From Phoronis australis (lineage: Eukaryota; Animalia; Phoronida), in assembly GCA_002633005.1 (NCBI GenBank), contig NMRA01000003.1:1-64000 (forward strand): a stretch of 64,000 nucleotides of DNA, written 5' to 3'. The position numbers and the translations under genes are program-made. This document shows, in pieces, positions 1 to 14,074 of the stretch; positions within the stretch are counted from its first letter, which is position 1, and each line of letters begins with the position of its first letter. Under the pieces are notes generated by a model. It saw only the letters and a list, made by a program, of their open reading frames with translations, was not told the DNA's origin and did no database searches.

Positions 1-1583
1 TCAACCATGCTTGAGTAAATGTCTTTCTCACATGACCTGGAATATGTTACGACACGACTGGTTAATAACACCGAGTACGTAATTTTTTCGATATTACATG
101 GACAAATCACAAAGTAGTGCAAAGTAGAAATCCATACGCCTTACAGTTTATCGTCTGCAAAACACTAAAACAACCAAACGCGCGCCAACCAAACAATGCC
201 TGAATTCCGAGAAGGTGTCAAGGTTATAATCGACAAATTGGGTGTCGCAACTGTACGTACTCCCAGTCTGAAGGATATGCAAACAACTTCTTAAACAAAC
301 CCCCATCTTGGCGGCGAATTTTATATCCACAGTCATTCAAATGGAGACGAGCCCCAACTCAAGAAACACGGCGAGACTGTCTGCTTGTGTTGTCTCAAGG
401 TCAATTCAGTGCTCACGCGCAGGGAAGCCTTGCTGAATGTTATTTATAGATATGTTTAACGTTTTAATATTACGACTTCAAAGACTATTTTTTAGTTTAT
501 AACTTGAATATTTGTTACAAAAGCTGAATGCAATTTACATTTGTTAAGTTTGAAATAAACCTATTAACAAAAAGTAACTGAATTACTTAACATTGCGCAA
601 GTGTATTTTTACAAAAGTTGCGTCGTGTAGTTGAAAGTTTTAGACACATCGAGTTTTTCAGCATAAAAGAACATTTTTACGTTTCATGTGAGAAAACAAA
701 TCCTACACTCGTCTCAGATTTATGACATGGGGAAAACCTATTGGAAATTTCATCAAAATCCCGATGCTTGCCATGTAGGATTCTCTATTTCATGTAAATA
801 GGCCTTTGGCCCACATTACAAATATATAATAGATTACAGGATATCTAAACCAATACATCAAGAAACTCATTTTGACATTTCTCAGCATTGATTAAACATT
901 TAGCAATTTTCCTCAAGTTATTTAAATCATTGTTCTGTACAAGATACCTCAATACTGCTTCGTCCACCCTAATGAATCTAGGTACAACCACTGTGTGCAC
1001 AAATCAAGTAATTTTCATTCGAGAAGAACATGTAATGACGAACAATCAGTTCTTCCCAGGCTTAGAAACTTCTCGTGTGAGTTAAGTATGAGTGGAGCAC
1101 TTTTTTATACCTGAACTATGGTGTATGTTTTGGTGGTACGCAGCTGTGACTTAGTGATCGTTTTTGCTGCTGTCATCCTGATAATAAGAAATTGTAGTAC
1201 CTGATTTCATGTGTATATAGATTATAACATGGCAAGACTCCTTGTGGGATTTGGAGGTACTACTTATTCTTGGGTCTAGTGCCTCTTGGGTAATAATTTC
1301 TCCAAATCCCATGAGGGGCTCAGATACAGGAAATGAATACAAAGGACTTTGCCCCGTGATAATTTATTTGTCCTCCACTTTGAGCAATATATTATTCAAA
1401 AATGACACTATATTCTACTTTCTTTCATTTTTTTCCTTTGATCGTCCCTAAGCATTGCAGCATGCTTGTCCCATTTTTCTGCCAAGTCATCATTTCCCAT
1501 GGGGAAAAATAACTCTATGGGTTATTACCCAGCAGTTACTTACTGTACAGGCTTGTATTGTACGATAAATTGTTTCTTTGCAG

Positions 1584-4500
1584 AGAGACATCCGTGGTCC
1601 ACTAGAGACACGTGAAGAACAGATCGGCAGGATAGTTGGACAAATTGGTCCCAGCATGCTGTTGACTAGTTTGTCAGAAATGGTTGCCTTCTTCCTTGGT
1701 GAGTCAGCGTCTTGGCTTCACTGAACAGGCCTCGACATAATGAGCTGTAGGTTGCATTATTTTGCGACCTGAAATTTGGAAATGCAAGCTGAGATTTTTG
1801 CCAGCTCATATCAAGTCGCAAAATGCGACCTAGAACTTCCAACATATGCGAGATGAGTTTTTACACATCTCGGCAGATTCCTGGCAAATATAAAGCAACT
1901 CGTGTGAATCCGACCATTATTTGGTTGTTGCCAAATCATGTTCAAAAGAACACTAACCGACTGAGAACAGACCTCCTGATGACTTGTAAACATGTCGCGT
2001 GAACATGGGATAATGGAGAATAGATCTTTGGCGTGTTTCACAAAATGTCACAAAACAGCAGTGTTTCTACTAATTCTTAGACAATCAACTTTGTGGTGGA
2101 AAAACATTTATTTTCACGTTCTAATATGTTTTTATTGTCAAATATCCATGACAAAATCCCTGATATCTCACTGCGGCACCGGTCAGTCCCGTTGTTAGCA
2201 TGCAAGCAGTCCCAGCAGACGATCGTGATTTGGAAATGTAAGTCTCGTTTTGTATAATAGCAAAAGACAGTAAAGTAATGTGAAAATGACAATCCTATTA
2301 ATGGCGAAACGACGACCACGTCTTTATGTTCAGCAAAGTAGTCTTTGAGTCACCAATAAATTCTCAAACTCTTTACTTGTTTCTCGGGCTATGTGCGCGA
2401 CATATGAGTCGTCTGTCACATGCTGTTGCCAATGTAAAGTGTAGGCCTACTCCAGGGATTCAAGCGTGTGAACTCGCGCGGGACTCCAAAACTACACATC
2501 AAAAGAGAACAGCGACAGTTCTAAATGAAAGAGTATACCGGCTTGGCTCTGTTAAGCATTCGGGTGCCAATGGTTTATTTGACAATGAACATAATAGATT
2601 CCAAACAGTTTAGAAAGACCCGATGCTTTACAATATTCCAAGGGACCGGTGTAGCTGATATTTTCCTGTTCCAATGTTCCCTAGGCCTGATGATCTATGC
2701 CCGTAGCCAGCTATTGCAACAAAACGAGTAGTATGGGAAATTGTGGTTAGCGAAATTTTTATTCTCTCTTCTTACCCGATGGAAACCCGCACAGATTCGG
2801 GAATTATTTAAAGGCCTTTAATTTCATGGAAACCTAATTGTTGAATACTTAAACAGACAGCGTAAGTCCAGCATTTCTGTTGTGAAGTTTGCACTGATTT
2901 GTACCCACGCATCTGCATACATCGTTTGACTTGGGCAACGTTTCACAGATTTTTTTCGACGTGTTGTTTTTCAAACGTCGAGTTAAGTTGCAAAGTTTGG
3001 ACTGCACATAAAAAATGGAGGAGTTTGCGCTTAGAGTTAGTTTGGATCTTGAACGACATTGATGATAGTCATATATAGCAGGTCAGGCCTAGCAAATTAA
3101 CGAATACTTTTTTCAACGAACATTGTCTCCCTTTTCAAATTTAGCTACTCGAAAGCATGTGTTTGTTACTGATTCAACTTTCACGTCGGCAACAGCCTTT
3201 GAACGTTGGTTGTGAAGAACAGTAATGACTACCTGCATGCGACTTGAAATTTGTGGGTATTTAACGCTGGAGGTAAAAGCATAATCTAAGAAATTTCTCG
3301 ATCATCTCAAAAAAAGCTATTTCGGCGCGTAAAAACGGCGGGAAAATTTTGCGACCTGGGGATTTTCATAGGGTCGAGCCCTGTTGAAGCATTCACGGGC
3401 AGTTCTTCTTGTCACGAGTGAAAAGATTATGTTCCCCAGAACGTCAAAGTAATCAGAGGTTTCCAATAGGTCCACAAGGTGGATCAGACTCGGTTCATAC
3501 CAGGAAAGCTAGAAATCGTGTGAATAGGGACTCTGGTCAATTTTGCCTGAAACACCGTAATTTGAGACCTTATCAGCCAGTCACGCTCACCGTACATAGC
3601 CGTGCCGTCACAATGCAATGAATGAATGCTAATGAGACAATCTTAATTGTTCACTATGGGTACATCAATTTCCATCTGTGCAAAAAGAACATATCCACTC
3701 AATATACCTATCAGATGAATGAAATTATTTTGTGTGTTGCGGATATTTTTTAAGATGTGTCCTTACAGGATAACTTCGTAATCCTGTTTTGATGTTTTAT
3801 TTTTCGTTGCCCCAGTCTTTTGTGCTAGATAATTATTAAAATTGCAATTTGTTCTTCTGGTCCAAGTCCTTGTCAAAGTCCATTTACATAAAATTATCTG
3901 TTATGTATTCTGTTGCGTACTGAATTACCTAAGTGTGGATGGCCACTGCGTCAATTTGGGCCAAGCTACCTGAGAGGGTTTTAAAAAAATGCATAAAAAC
4001 ACCTCCCTATTGCTCATCTCTGGTTGATTTTCTTTTTTGAACAAGTAAGCAACTGAAATAAGACTTCGCCAAAGATTTGATTTTCAAAAATACCAGAGAC
4101 TGAAACCAGTTAATTGTTCTTGGCCTAACTTATGGTTGTGTAACACCGTCATTGATGTAACTTTCCGTTGATGTAAGTCACTTTTCAGGAATAAGCCTAT
4201 GTTTCTCTATGCATTTTTCATTGTATATTAATTCTGTTTGCTATCTTTGCTAGGTGCTATGACCTCAATGCCTGCAGTACGCTCCTTTTCCCTCTACGCT
4301 GGTCTGGCGGTCATCATCAACTTCCTGTTCCAGATCTCTTGCTTGATTGGTGTCATGTCATGGGATGCAAAACGTCAAGAGGTGTGTCAGTCACTAGCAC
4401 GCCATTTACCAGTGTGTCATACACTAACGCGCCATTTACCAGTGTGTAATACACTAGTGCATCATTCACTAGTGTGTCATACACTAGTGTGTCATTCACT

Positions 4501-7500
4501 AGACTAGTGTGTCATGCTCTAGTGCGTCATACCCTAGTGTGTCATTCACTAGTAAGTGTGTCATACACTATGTGTTACACAATAGTGTGTCATACTCTAG
4601 TGTGTCATACACTAGTATGTCATACACTACTGTGTCATTCACTAATAAGTGTGTCATACACTATGTGTTACACAATAGTGTGTCATACACTAGTGTGTCA
4701 TTCACTAGTAAGTGTGTCATACACTATGTGTTACACAATAGTGTGTCATACACTAGTGTGTCATGCACCAGTGCCTCTATTGTGTTTATCTTTTGTATGA
4801 CACCGTAAAGCACCATTGCAACATCACTTTGGTTCAGATCTTTAAGTTTTCTAGATATTTTGATGTAAAAAAATTTGCCCTTAAACATTGTGTACTCAAA
4901 AGTTAATATTGAATACCAGTATGTTGTTATAAGTCGCTCAAAGTGTCCCAAGTAGCCTAACCCTGTTGATTGCTTGTGTACTTGCAGGACAGTCGGCTCG
5001 ATGTATTGTGTTTTGTGAAAGGCTTAAGGCAGCCTATTCCCAAGCAAGATGGATTGTTGTTCTACTTTGTCAAAAATCACTATTCACACTTCTTAATGAA
5101 GGACTACATCAGACCTGTAGTGGTATGGCAACTTTTGTTATTATTTGTAGTATTTTAGACTGGGAGGGCTTAACTGACTAACGCACTTGCCATTCCAGTT
5201 AAATACAGAAATCAGTGTCCGCTATTCTCGACTGAACTTTGACACACATATTTTACCTGACACTGAAGTCTCGTGGTAAAAAAATTAAATTGTGATTATA
5301 AAAGGCTTTAATTACCATTCTGAAATCAGGACTGTCCACAGACTTGAGTTGGCTTCGACTAGACTTCACTCGCCGGTGCGAGAGGCGGGATCGAGTTCGT
5401 ATGGCCTCAAACACGCAAAGTCTGCCGATATGGCGAAGTCTAACTCATTACCTGTTTCACTTATGGCCTGAGTGTCGTCTTCACCCCCATCTCTTTACCT
5501 GTCTTCTCAATACTCGTCAAGCTCGCTCTTTATAAGTTTTCAAAAGTTACAAATTTGCCATAATTGCGCATTATGCTTTCAACTGATCAACGTCTTACAC
5601 TGATGACATCACATGACGGGAATCCAAAAAAATCACTAAGTTTTCTTTAAAATTCAAAGTTCCTCAATTATTTCACAAATACGTGCTTGCTTAGTTAGAT
5701 TTTGTTTTATGAAAGAATAACAGCAAGTTTTAGCTTGGGCAACAAGTTTACTAGTCACATGTAATTCAGGGCTTGGAATTTTCCGCGGAAACGCGGATTT
5801 CCGCTTTTTTGAAATGTGCTTTCCGCTTTTTTTATAATATTTCCGCGTAAAAATATCGGATTTGATATGAAATTTCCGCGGCAAATTTCTTTCTTACCGC
5901 GGCGTTGCAGACGACGTGCACCTCGGAAAGCGGAAGTCTTTATGTTTCGGAGGAACGTAAATTGTCAACATTGCCGGGGCATCTGGGTAAAGCGTGGTCT
6001 GATTTTCAATGGCGGCTCGTGTTATTGTTAAGCCCGGCGACAAATACTACCGCTCTGCAGCCAAATTTGTGTGGGTTGGGAGTGGACGGGCGAGCGAAAA
6101 GGACGCAGACGCATGCTACTGATGGTGGTAACGTTTTTTTTTTTTTTAAGTCCTCCCGATTTTTGTCGCGGGAAGGTTCACATTGACCATTTCAAAGGCA
6201 GGTTATCGGGCATGATTTGGGCCGTAAAAGTTTCCGCGTTTTTTGTCATTGGTCATTCCAAGCCCTGGTAATTAGAGTCACTGTATAATTTTAATGGTAT
6301 TACTTTTGTTCAGATTTTATTTGGCTCACTTTTTACTCTGATTGATCCAAAGCAATTTCCATAGTTTTCTCCCTCATTTGACTGTCAGAGAATGCCATCA
6401 GACAAGTTATGAGTGATTGTTCTAGAATGCATAGCCGATCAGCTGTCAGCCTGCTTCTCTTTATAGGATCGTCTTTCAGGAATATAACCTGGTAATTTGT
6501 AAATGCAAGTCTGTTTTTAATGTGCAAGTGATGAAGTTGAATTATTAGAAGGTTTTCATTTTCTTGCAGATGCTGGTGTTTGTGGGCTGGCTATGCTTCT
6601 GTGCCTCCTTGCTTTATAAAGTGGATGTAGGGCTGGATCAAAGTTTGTCTATGCCAAGGGTATGAAAGAGTTACTCTCAGTCCACGAGTTTATGTTAATG
6701 TGTGTTGCAATGAAGAGAATAGTCTCTGCCATTCGCCAGTATGTCTGTATGCTGTGATGAAGTGTCACTGTGTAATACGGGAGATTATGTGAGGTTATGT
6801 GTACGTTGTACATAAAATTGTAGTATACTCCGACACTACTCGTGGTTACAGTGTAGCAGTTTCTCATTGGTGCATGTTATAAGTAAAAGAAAACCTCTTG
6901 AAACCATGTTGGTTCAGTATCTGCAGTTTGTCTTGGCCATTGCATGTTGGTATTACTGATTTAGAAAAGCTGCGGTTGCCGTCTTTGTCAAGTGTTCCAG
7001 TCTTCTTTAACTGAGAACAGTCGAGGTGTACCAAATTATTTTCATGAACTTGACCTAAAGTTGCACTATACTGATTGACTTGTACTATCTCTTTAGGGCT
7101 CCTACGTACTCGACTATTTTGGCAATGTCAGCAAGTACCTGTCTGTGGGTGCACCCGTCTATTATGTGCTGAAGAATCCACCGGACTTGTCGAGCCGAGA
7201 TGGTCAGAACTTGGTGTGTGGCTCTATTGGATGTCCCCAGAACTCTCTGGCCAGTCAAATATTTACAGCGTCCCAGACTAAGAACATGTATGTAGATTGT
7301 GCCTGGCGAAGGCAGTCATAAAACCGTTCTTTTGACTGTACTCACCTCCAAGTTATCTAATTGCTAAAGGTCTGTGTTAAGTGTTCTTAAGCAAGTCAGG
7401 GAAAAATATAATAACTGTCCATTGGTTTTAGTTGACTGATGACAAGTGATGTTTTTTTAATTAAGGGTGTTTGTGATGAAACAGTAAAATTTGTGATGTG

Positions 7501-10500
7501 TAACGCTTGTACATAGAGATGTTATACGAGGATAGTAATAAGTACTACTGTCAACAGTACTTCAACAGGAGTTTGTGTTTCTTATGGTGATTGTGAACCA
7601 ATGGCAGTGGCCTGGTCGGTGACTGTCAGTGGTAATGTGTTAAGTGTGGCTGTGAGAAAGTGTTCTCATTTGGGGATATATCATACATGCTCAGATAGCA
7701 TCTCTGTCGCCTTTGAATGTGGACATGCCTAGCACGACTTGTAAAATCTGCCATTGAACTAAGTCCAGTTGTACAAAATCCTAAATTGTCTAGATAAGGG
7801 GTGTAATATCACATCTATCCAACTTTAGTACGATGATTTTCTACTAATTTCACACACTCATCTAACGCAATTTCTGGGTTTGTGACGTGTTACATGCAGG
7901 TTACTTTAATTTCTGGATAGCCTTGGTGTACATCCAACGTTTCTGAGAAAATGATATGCAAAAATGAACCATGAACCAAAAACCAAAACATGGACCATTT
8001 CGGCCCTAGAAATATACTAGTAAAAGTATCCACCTCTGAAAACATGGGAGAGCGTAGGCTATAGTGTTTAACTACCATTTTGCGTACTATATATTCCGCT
8101 TGGCTGACCAATTCTGTTTGACGTTTTATCCTTTTCCAGTTCCTACATAGCACAACCAGCCTCATCTTGGCTCGACGATTACTTTGACTGGATCAAACCA
8201 GAAGGAAACCCGCCATGTTGCCGGTATCATCATAACAACCCCTCAGACTTCTGTCCGTCATGTAAGTTTTATTGATGTTATGCCAGTTTCTTAGGTCCTG
8301 TGTGTTCATCTCTTGATGGCAACAGATGTCAGTAACTGTTGCATCATTCAAATATTAAGTTTAGAAACGTTAACTTGTTGCAATATTGTAATTTTTCCTG
8401 TTAAACCTCTTTCTATAAGTAGATGTTTACTTCATCATTTCAACTTACGTTTATTCTCTGTTTCCGTTGCAGCTTTCAATGACTCTTGGGTTACCAATGA
8501 CACCTGTGACTCCTGCAACGTCCAGTTGACAAAAAGTCGACCTCCTCCTGACAAATTCTTCAAGTATTTGCCATTCTTCTTAAAAGACAACCCTGGTATT
8601 GTTTGTACCAAAGGGTAAGTTGCCCGTTCAATTGTGTGCGGTGGGACTCTATTTCAATCAGTCACACTCATCTGATACTAGACAAGTGTAAAATTTGCTG
8701 TATGGAAGATCATTACTTTGTATCTAGAGTATGGCAGTGTTTTGGAGCAGTTGTGACCTGTTGTGGTTACTTGAAGTAAATCTCCGACAATTGGTACATC
8801 TTGATGGAATATTTATCAAAATCATATTTTCAGTTGTAAGTGTCCATGAAATATGTCAACCAGTGTCAATATTTTATTGCAGTTTTCTTTGAGTTAATCA
8901 GGTTTGTGTTCTGAAATACCTTGTGTCCCGCAGGTGGTGGACAAAAAAATTGCATCCTTTTCTATTTGCTAGTCTAAAGAGTGCATTAACTTATCGGCAT
9001 GTGCTGCCACCACTACTTCATTGTCATAACTGTGTTATGTTACAGAGGTCATGCAGCGTACGGAAATGCAGTTGTGTTGAAGAAAAAAGAGAAAGAAGTG
9101 ACAGGTGTTGGAGGTTTGTGCTATTTTGTACAACTTCATCTGATTTAACACTACCAAGCAATATCTCAGTGTTAAGTTGTAAGTAAACATGCGGCTATGT
9201 GACAGCTGAGAAGGAGAGCTAAGTTTTTGACAGTTGTACTGCTTTACGGCCCTGTGATGGAGACACAAGGACAGCTATACCATGTGACGGAGACACAAGG
9301 ACAGCTATACCCTGTGATGGGAAACCAGGGACTACAGTACTAAAGTGAGGTGCCTATCCAGCCTGGAGAGTCATCGTGCAATATTTTAAACATCAAATAC
9401 ATTCTTGTTATTCATATTTGCATGGAGGTTAAATCTTGGTACAGTACTGTAACAGAATTTTTAACAGAAAATTGTGAGGGGTGCACTAATTTGTCAACAG
9501 TCACTTAAAGTGTTTGGTGTACTTCCAGCTAGTTACTTCATGTCCTATCACGTGCCCTGTGTGACATCATCACAGTTCATTGCGGCCATGAAATCAGGGC
9601 GAAGTATTGCCGAGAATATCACCAAGACAATGAACCAAAACAAGAAGTCCAATCAACCCAGCCCTGAAGTGTTTGCGTATAGGTAATGCTGGTCTCGAAA
9701 TATGTATTTTTTCTTCGTTCTGTATCGATCGATTTTGGGGAGGAATTTAAGTGACTGTGTAAAAATCTGGTTTTCTTTGTTATTTACCCTGAGAGGAGGC
9801 AGTGTCGCTTAGTGGGATAAGTGTTTAACCTGAGAGGAAGCAGTGTGACTAAGTGGGATAAGTATCCGCTTCCTTTAGTCAAGGTTGTGAATTTGAGTCC
9901 CACTGAGGCACACATCTAGATCTTTGCATCACGTCTTTAGCATCTCAGCTTGATTTCAACTAATATAAAGCATAAAAAATTCAAGTGATCAGTGCATTGG
10001 GCCCATCTGAGTGGCCTGCGCATGTCTGGGACATGCAACATTTACCAAACCGCCTGCTATTATTTTTTATTTAAAAATACTTATCCTGGATAGTTGTTTG
10101 ATTTTTGATTTTGCTTGTAATCATATCTGTAAGAAATCTTCGTGGATGATAGTCAATATTCTTTGTTGTTTTGTCAAGTTTTGTTTGTCATTTTTGGCTA
10201 GCATTCTTTGTTGTACTGTCATTAAAATGGGCCAAACCTCGTCTGACCTGATTCAGGTCTGCTGTGTGCCATGTACTTGATTGATGCGTGTATCATCCGG
10301 TTGCAGTGTCTGGTACGTCTACTATGAGCAGTATCTCACCATTATCCATGACACAATCATGAACCTGGTCTTCTGCACGGTCGCCATCTTCATCGTCACC
10401 TTCTTCTTGCTGGGATGTGACCTTCATTCAGCTCTAATGATCATCATAGTGATCACCATGATCACTGTGAACATGTTTGGTTTGATGGTCCTATGGAATA

Positions 10501-12232
10501 TCAGTTTGAACGCCGTCTCTCTCGTGAATCTTGTCATGGTAAGAAATTGACACTCACCTAACAAAGCAATTCTAGATTCTCTTGTAAACTGCACCTTTAT
10601 TAAATTAATTCATGCAAGATATTTACATAGCAATTCTTTGGTACATGAAGTAAGAATAAAAACACGTACACACAATATACCTGGTATCTGTACCTATCTA
10701 TGAGTTTAATTCTCCATAATGTGTTTGCTGCCAGTCTTGAAATTTTAGCGTGTTTGAGTTGGCATGCTCTTCGTTCTAAACTGTTGAACACTCTTAATAA
10801 GGGCTTTATGGATACCAATTGTTATTACATTATGATTAGGACACTAATTGACTTCTTGCAGGCTGTTGGTATCTCAGTAGAGTTCTGCTCTCACATATCC
10901 CGAGCTTTTGCTGTCAGTGTTAAAGAAAACCGTGTTCTACGAGCTAAAGATGCGCTGGCCCACATGGGTAGTTCTGTAAGTAGTGATGAGTCGTACGGTC
11001 TTGTGGTCACGTGACTTGGGAGTCAGAACTTGGTGAGCTCATTAGTCACTTCCTGTTTTACACTCTTTATGGATTCAGTGTCAAATCATTGAAAGAATTT
11101 TCAACGTGGTTTGTAGGCTGACAAAGAACTAAGTCATCAAACATTACGTCTCAAAATACTTGAGAGATTTCATTGTCATGATGCATATTTGAAGATGTTG
11201 ATAGTTGCAGTGACCAAATGAAGTGGATACTGTGAATAGTTCAGTGTGCAAAACACTTTTGTTGTGAGTAGTTGCCGTAAGTTGTAAACTTTTCTTTGAT
11301 ATCATTACAGGTACTAAGTGGAATAACCCTGACAAAACTGGGAGGTATCATTGTGTTGGCCTTCTCCGAGTCACAGTTGTTTGAAGTGTTCTACTTCCGA
11401 ATGTACCTGGGAATCGTCATATTTGGGGCGTCGCATGGTCTCATATTCTTGCCAGTTTTTCTCAGTTATGTTGGTGAGTGTCCATATGCAGGTGTAGAGC
11501 AGGTGCTGTAGTCATGTTAGCAGTTGTTTCAGTCTGATAGATGTACCGAAGGAAGTGCTTCAATTGGTGTTGTTTGTTGTGGAATACCCGAAAAACTCTG
11601 GGAGGCATTTTCTAGATGCTATTTGAGGTGACGTACTTGGTAGCATCGGTTTTCACTGCGCATTCTGTCTTTACATCTGACCTTGGCTTCTGACATCACT
11701 GTTCCTTCACTGTTGTTTACTCGTGATTGGCTTCTTAGTTGTTTGTGGCTGTGGCTTCACTGTTATTTACTAATGACGCTTTAGTTTTGTTAAGGTTATG
11801 GTGGACCATAGAAAAATGTCCAAACTTGGCTAACTACTGAACATCATATCTCAGAAATGGCTGATGGAATTCATAATTATGTTCTCCAAAATGTCAATAA
11901 ATTACCAAAAATTTTTCTTGATACTTTGAATTGAAATCCATAATTTCGTAGATATTCGACTCATAATTGACTTGTGGACAAAGTCTTACATAACCTCAAG
12001 TATTGTTTCTGTCCCTTCTTGTTGTCTTTTCTTTAGTTTTAGCTTTTTAGTTCTTAGTGTTTTTTTCGTCGGCCATTTTCTTATAGGTCCTCCTGTGAAC
12101 AAAGCCATTTTGTATAAACATCAGCAGAGGAGAGTCACGGACGAGATTGCGAATGATGATGAGCCTTCAGAATCTTCTAAATTATTAGGGAAATCTTTCC
12201 CAAGTGATGATCAGTACAGTCATTTACGTTAA
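1584..12232 (+). CDS. NPC1: NPC intracellular cholesterol transporter 1, 3' half (5' exons lie before the window), isoform using the proximal terminal exon
   Basis: GT-AG exons in continuous frame: 1584-1698, 4254-4381, 4988-5122, 6570-6659, 7097-7287, 8140-8261, 8473-8614, 9046-9113, 9529-9682, 10307-10538, 10862-10975, 11311-11473, 12087-12232. Peptides include [31 protein letters not shown] (sterol-sensing domain), [56 protein letters not shown] and [29 protein letters not shown], all characteristic of NPC1. Confidence 0.96.
1726..3383. mobile_element. Non-autonomous DNA transposon (hAT-like ends) in an NPC1 intron
   Basis: Imperfect TIRs CAGGCCTCGACATAATGA and revcomp CAGGGCTCGACCCTATGA. 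Flanks ctgaa/ttgaa may be a degraded 5-bp TSD. The subterminal motif ttttgcgacctg occurs near both ends. Confidence 0.55.
4382..4773 (+). repeat. 15-bp minisatellite (GTGTGTCATACACTA)n starting exactly at an NPC1 5' splice site
   Basis: About 25 degenerate units read directly from the sequence. Confidence 0.95.
5767..6267. mobile_element. MITE with 13-bp TIRs and 6-bp TSD (hAT-like)
   Basis: Perfect TIR CAGGGCTTGGAAT/ATTCCAAGCCCTG. GTAATT direct repeat at 5761-5766 and 6268-6273. Confidence 0.9.
9250..9330 (+). repeat. 30-bp tandem repeat (about 2.7 copies)
   Basis: Unit ccctgtgatggagacacaaggacagctata is repeated. Confidence 0.85.
9788..9910 (+). repeat. Degenerate tRNA-derived SINE-like head with a locally duplicated A-box region
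   Basis: Two copies of cctgagagga.gcagtgt..ct.agtgggataagt, followed by a B-box-like tttgagtccc. Confidence 0.35.
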
Positions 12233-13023
12233 TCTGTCTCCTGAAGGTTTGTTGAAGGCATGTCCACTGAATCAAATCCTCAGTAACTGCACAACTCACT
12301 TGACCTCTGCACCTTCATCAGCAAATCAATCGATTACGGTATCTCTGCACTAATCTCACTCAGCCATCAGTCTCGGCTTGATTATAGACTACTCAGTTCA
12401 CCATCTGCAGTAAAGTTATCACCCTCTTTGCTAGTGCTGATCACCATTGTGATACCTCATGTTTTCAGCACCCCAATGAGACAAGTTGGCTGATCACGGA
12501 ATGGCAGTTAAAAAATGGCAGCCTCCTTTGAATGGCACGTAGCAGAGTCTATGTTACACGGGTTTTCCCCAAGTCAGCAGTGTTATGCCTCCAGGAGTTA
12601 ACACATTTCAGCTGCATTTCTCTTGCCTTGTGCTGGCATGTCCAAATCCCATTTTGCTGTCAAATAAAAGTTAATTGAATATGAACGTGCAAAAAGAAGA
12701 AAACCGTTAAATCCCTAGGAAAGCATTGGTCATGTGTTTGCATGGTTGTCATTTCTGTAAAGTACAGTGTTTAATTCCTTCATAACTACTGCCTTGTGTA
12801 GATTGTTTTAAAATTCTATTCACATTATTCGCAAATGGCTGTTCTGGGTAATTTAGCATGATCGTGATGCAAGTGTTAAACTTGGATCTGATCTCGAATG
12901 TTGGGCCTGGTTCAGAGTGTTCAGAGTTGTCTGATGAACTGAGACTCCCTTAGGGAATATAATATCCAAAATATAGTAATGGTGTAAACTGGGTTTTACT
13001 AGATCAATGTGTGAATGGTTAAA

Positions 13024-13169
13024 CCAGCCTCCCATTTAGCAACGCTAGGACCTTGTTAAAAAGCAAGACTTCGCCAGACTATGTGAGATGTTGCTGTGTA
13101 TTTTAAATGAGAGCACGTGACTTAAGCTAGATTTTAGCTAGGTCCTAGCATTACTGAAGGCACACCTGG
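13024..13169. mobile_element. Short MITE between the two NPC1 terminal exons
   Basis: Inverted arms ..tagcaacgctaggacct.. and ..aggtcctagcattactga..; ends ccag/ctgg. Confidence 0.55.
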
Positions 13170-14074
13170 TAATATATGAAAACAAATGTTAGACCAGACT
13201 TTACCAAAGCCTCAGTGTTTTCGAGTCAAAGCAATCCTGCCACTCAATCAGCTGTGTCATCTGCAATACACGATAAGTGCTCGTCCAGTTATGTCCCCTT
13301 CATATTAGATGAACTGTGACAGGTTGCTGCTCGTTTCAAAGTCGGTGTACATGATGGAGTTTTGTAGAGAATGGGAAAGCTCTGGCAACGCGGTGTACGC
13401 CAAAGCTGTGGTATTATTCAGTTGCCGGCTATTAAACTCTTTTCTCATCAGGAAAAGATTCCTATATCGTGTTATACAGTGCTTGTTTAAGAAAGCTTGC
13501 AGACAGAGCCAAAACAAGATTGTATCTGGTAGTGTGGGGAATTCCAGTTTTACTTTGTGATGATGTGAGCAATACAAGTAACTTGTCCCGCAAAAGCGCA
13601 GTCATTTTGCTACATGTTAGTTTCAAGTGATTTCCTTACCAAGTAACGATAGCTGGAAAGCTTTTCGTGTGATCTGTTAATTCATGTCTTAATGACTAAT
13701 CTTTGACCTGAACGAAGATCACAATCCCACCCTCACTCTAACTTTCTGTAAGGAAATCTGTTTTTATTTATTTCTTGTTATATTTAACATGGGAGGCTGT
13801 TTTTTCTTTCTGTCTAAGCTCATGTGCCATTAAACCATAAGGAGTATTGCTCTCGTCTCTCTTGACGTTATGCAAACATCACATTCATACACTGCCTGCT
13901 ATCTTACTCAGGTTATGTTCGGGGTACCAAGTATTTTTATCACACCTCAATGATACCGCAGTCATGTGATTTCAGCTCAAATGTGATAAGAATTGGGGAA
14001 AAGCACTGCTCGGTATTTCCCAACATAAGGTTTAGTTGTAACAGATGTTTTAATGAACTGCCCTTTCCACACAG

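Noticed and set aside
4382-4773. CRISPR-like array
   Set aside because: Contiguous tandem units with no unique spacers, no cas genes, eukaryotic intron.
4474-4808. ORFs with VCHTL/SVSYT repeats
   Set aside because: Translations of the intronic 15-bp minisatellite, not genes.
8934-9045. Possible extra NPC1 exon after tcccgcag
   Set aside because: No NPC1 similarity; exons 8614 and 9046 already join correctly (KG-GHAAYG).
9840-9910. tRNA gene
   Set aside because: A and B boxes are degenerate and no cloverleaf forms; at most a SINE relic.
13912-14074. Possible third NPC1 terminal exon after cttactcag
   Set aside because: Peptide shows no similarity to the NPC1 tail and is out of frame with exon 14075.
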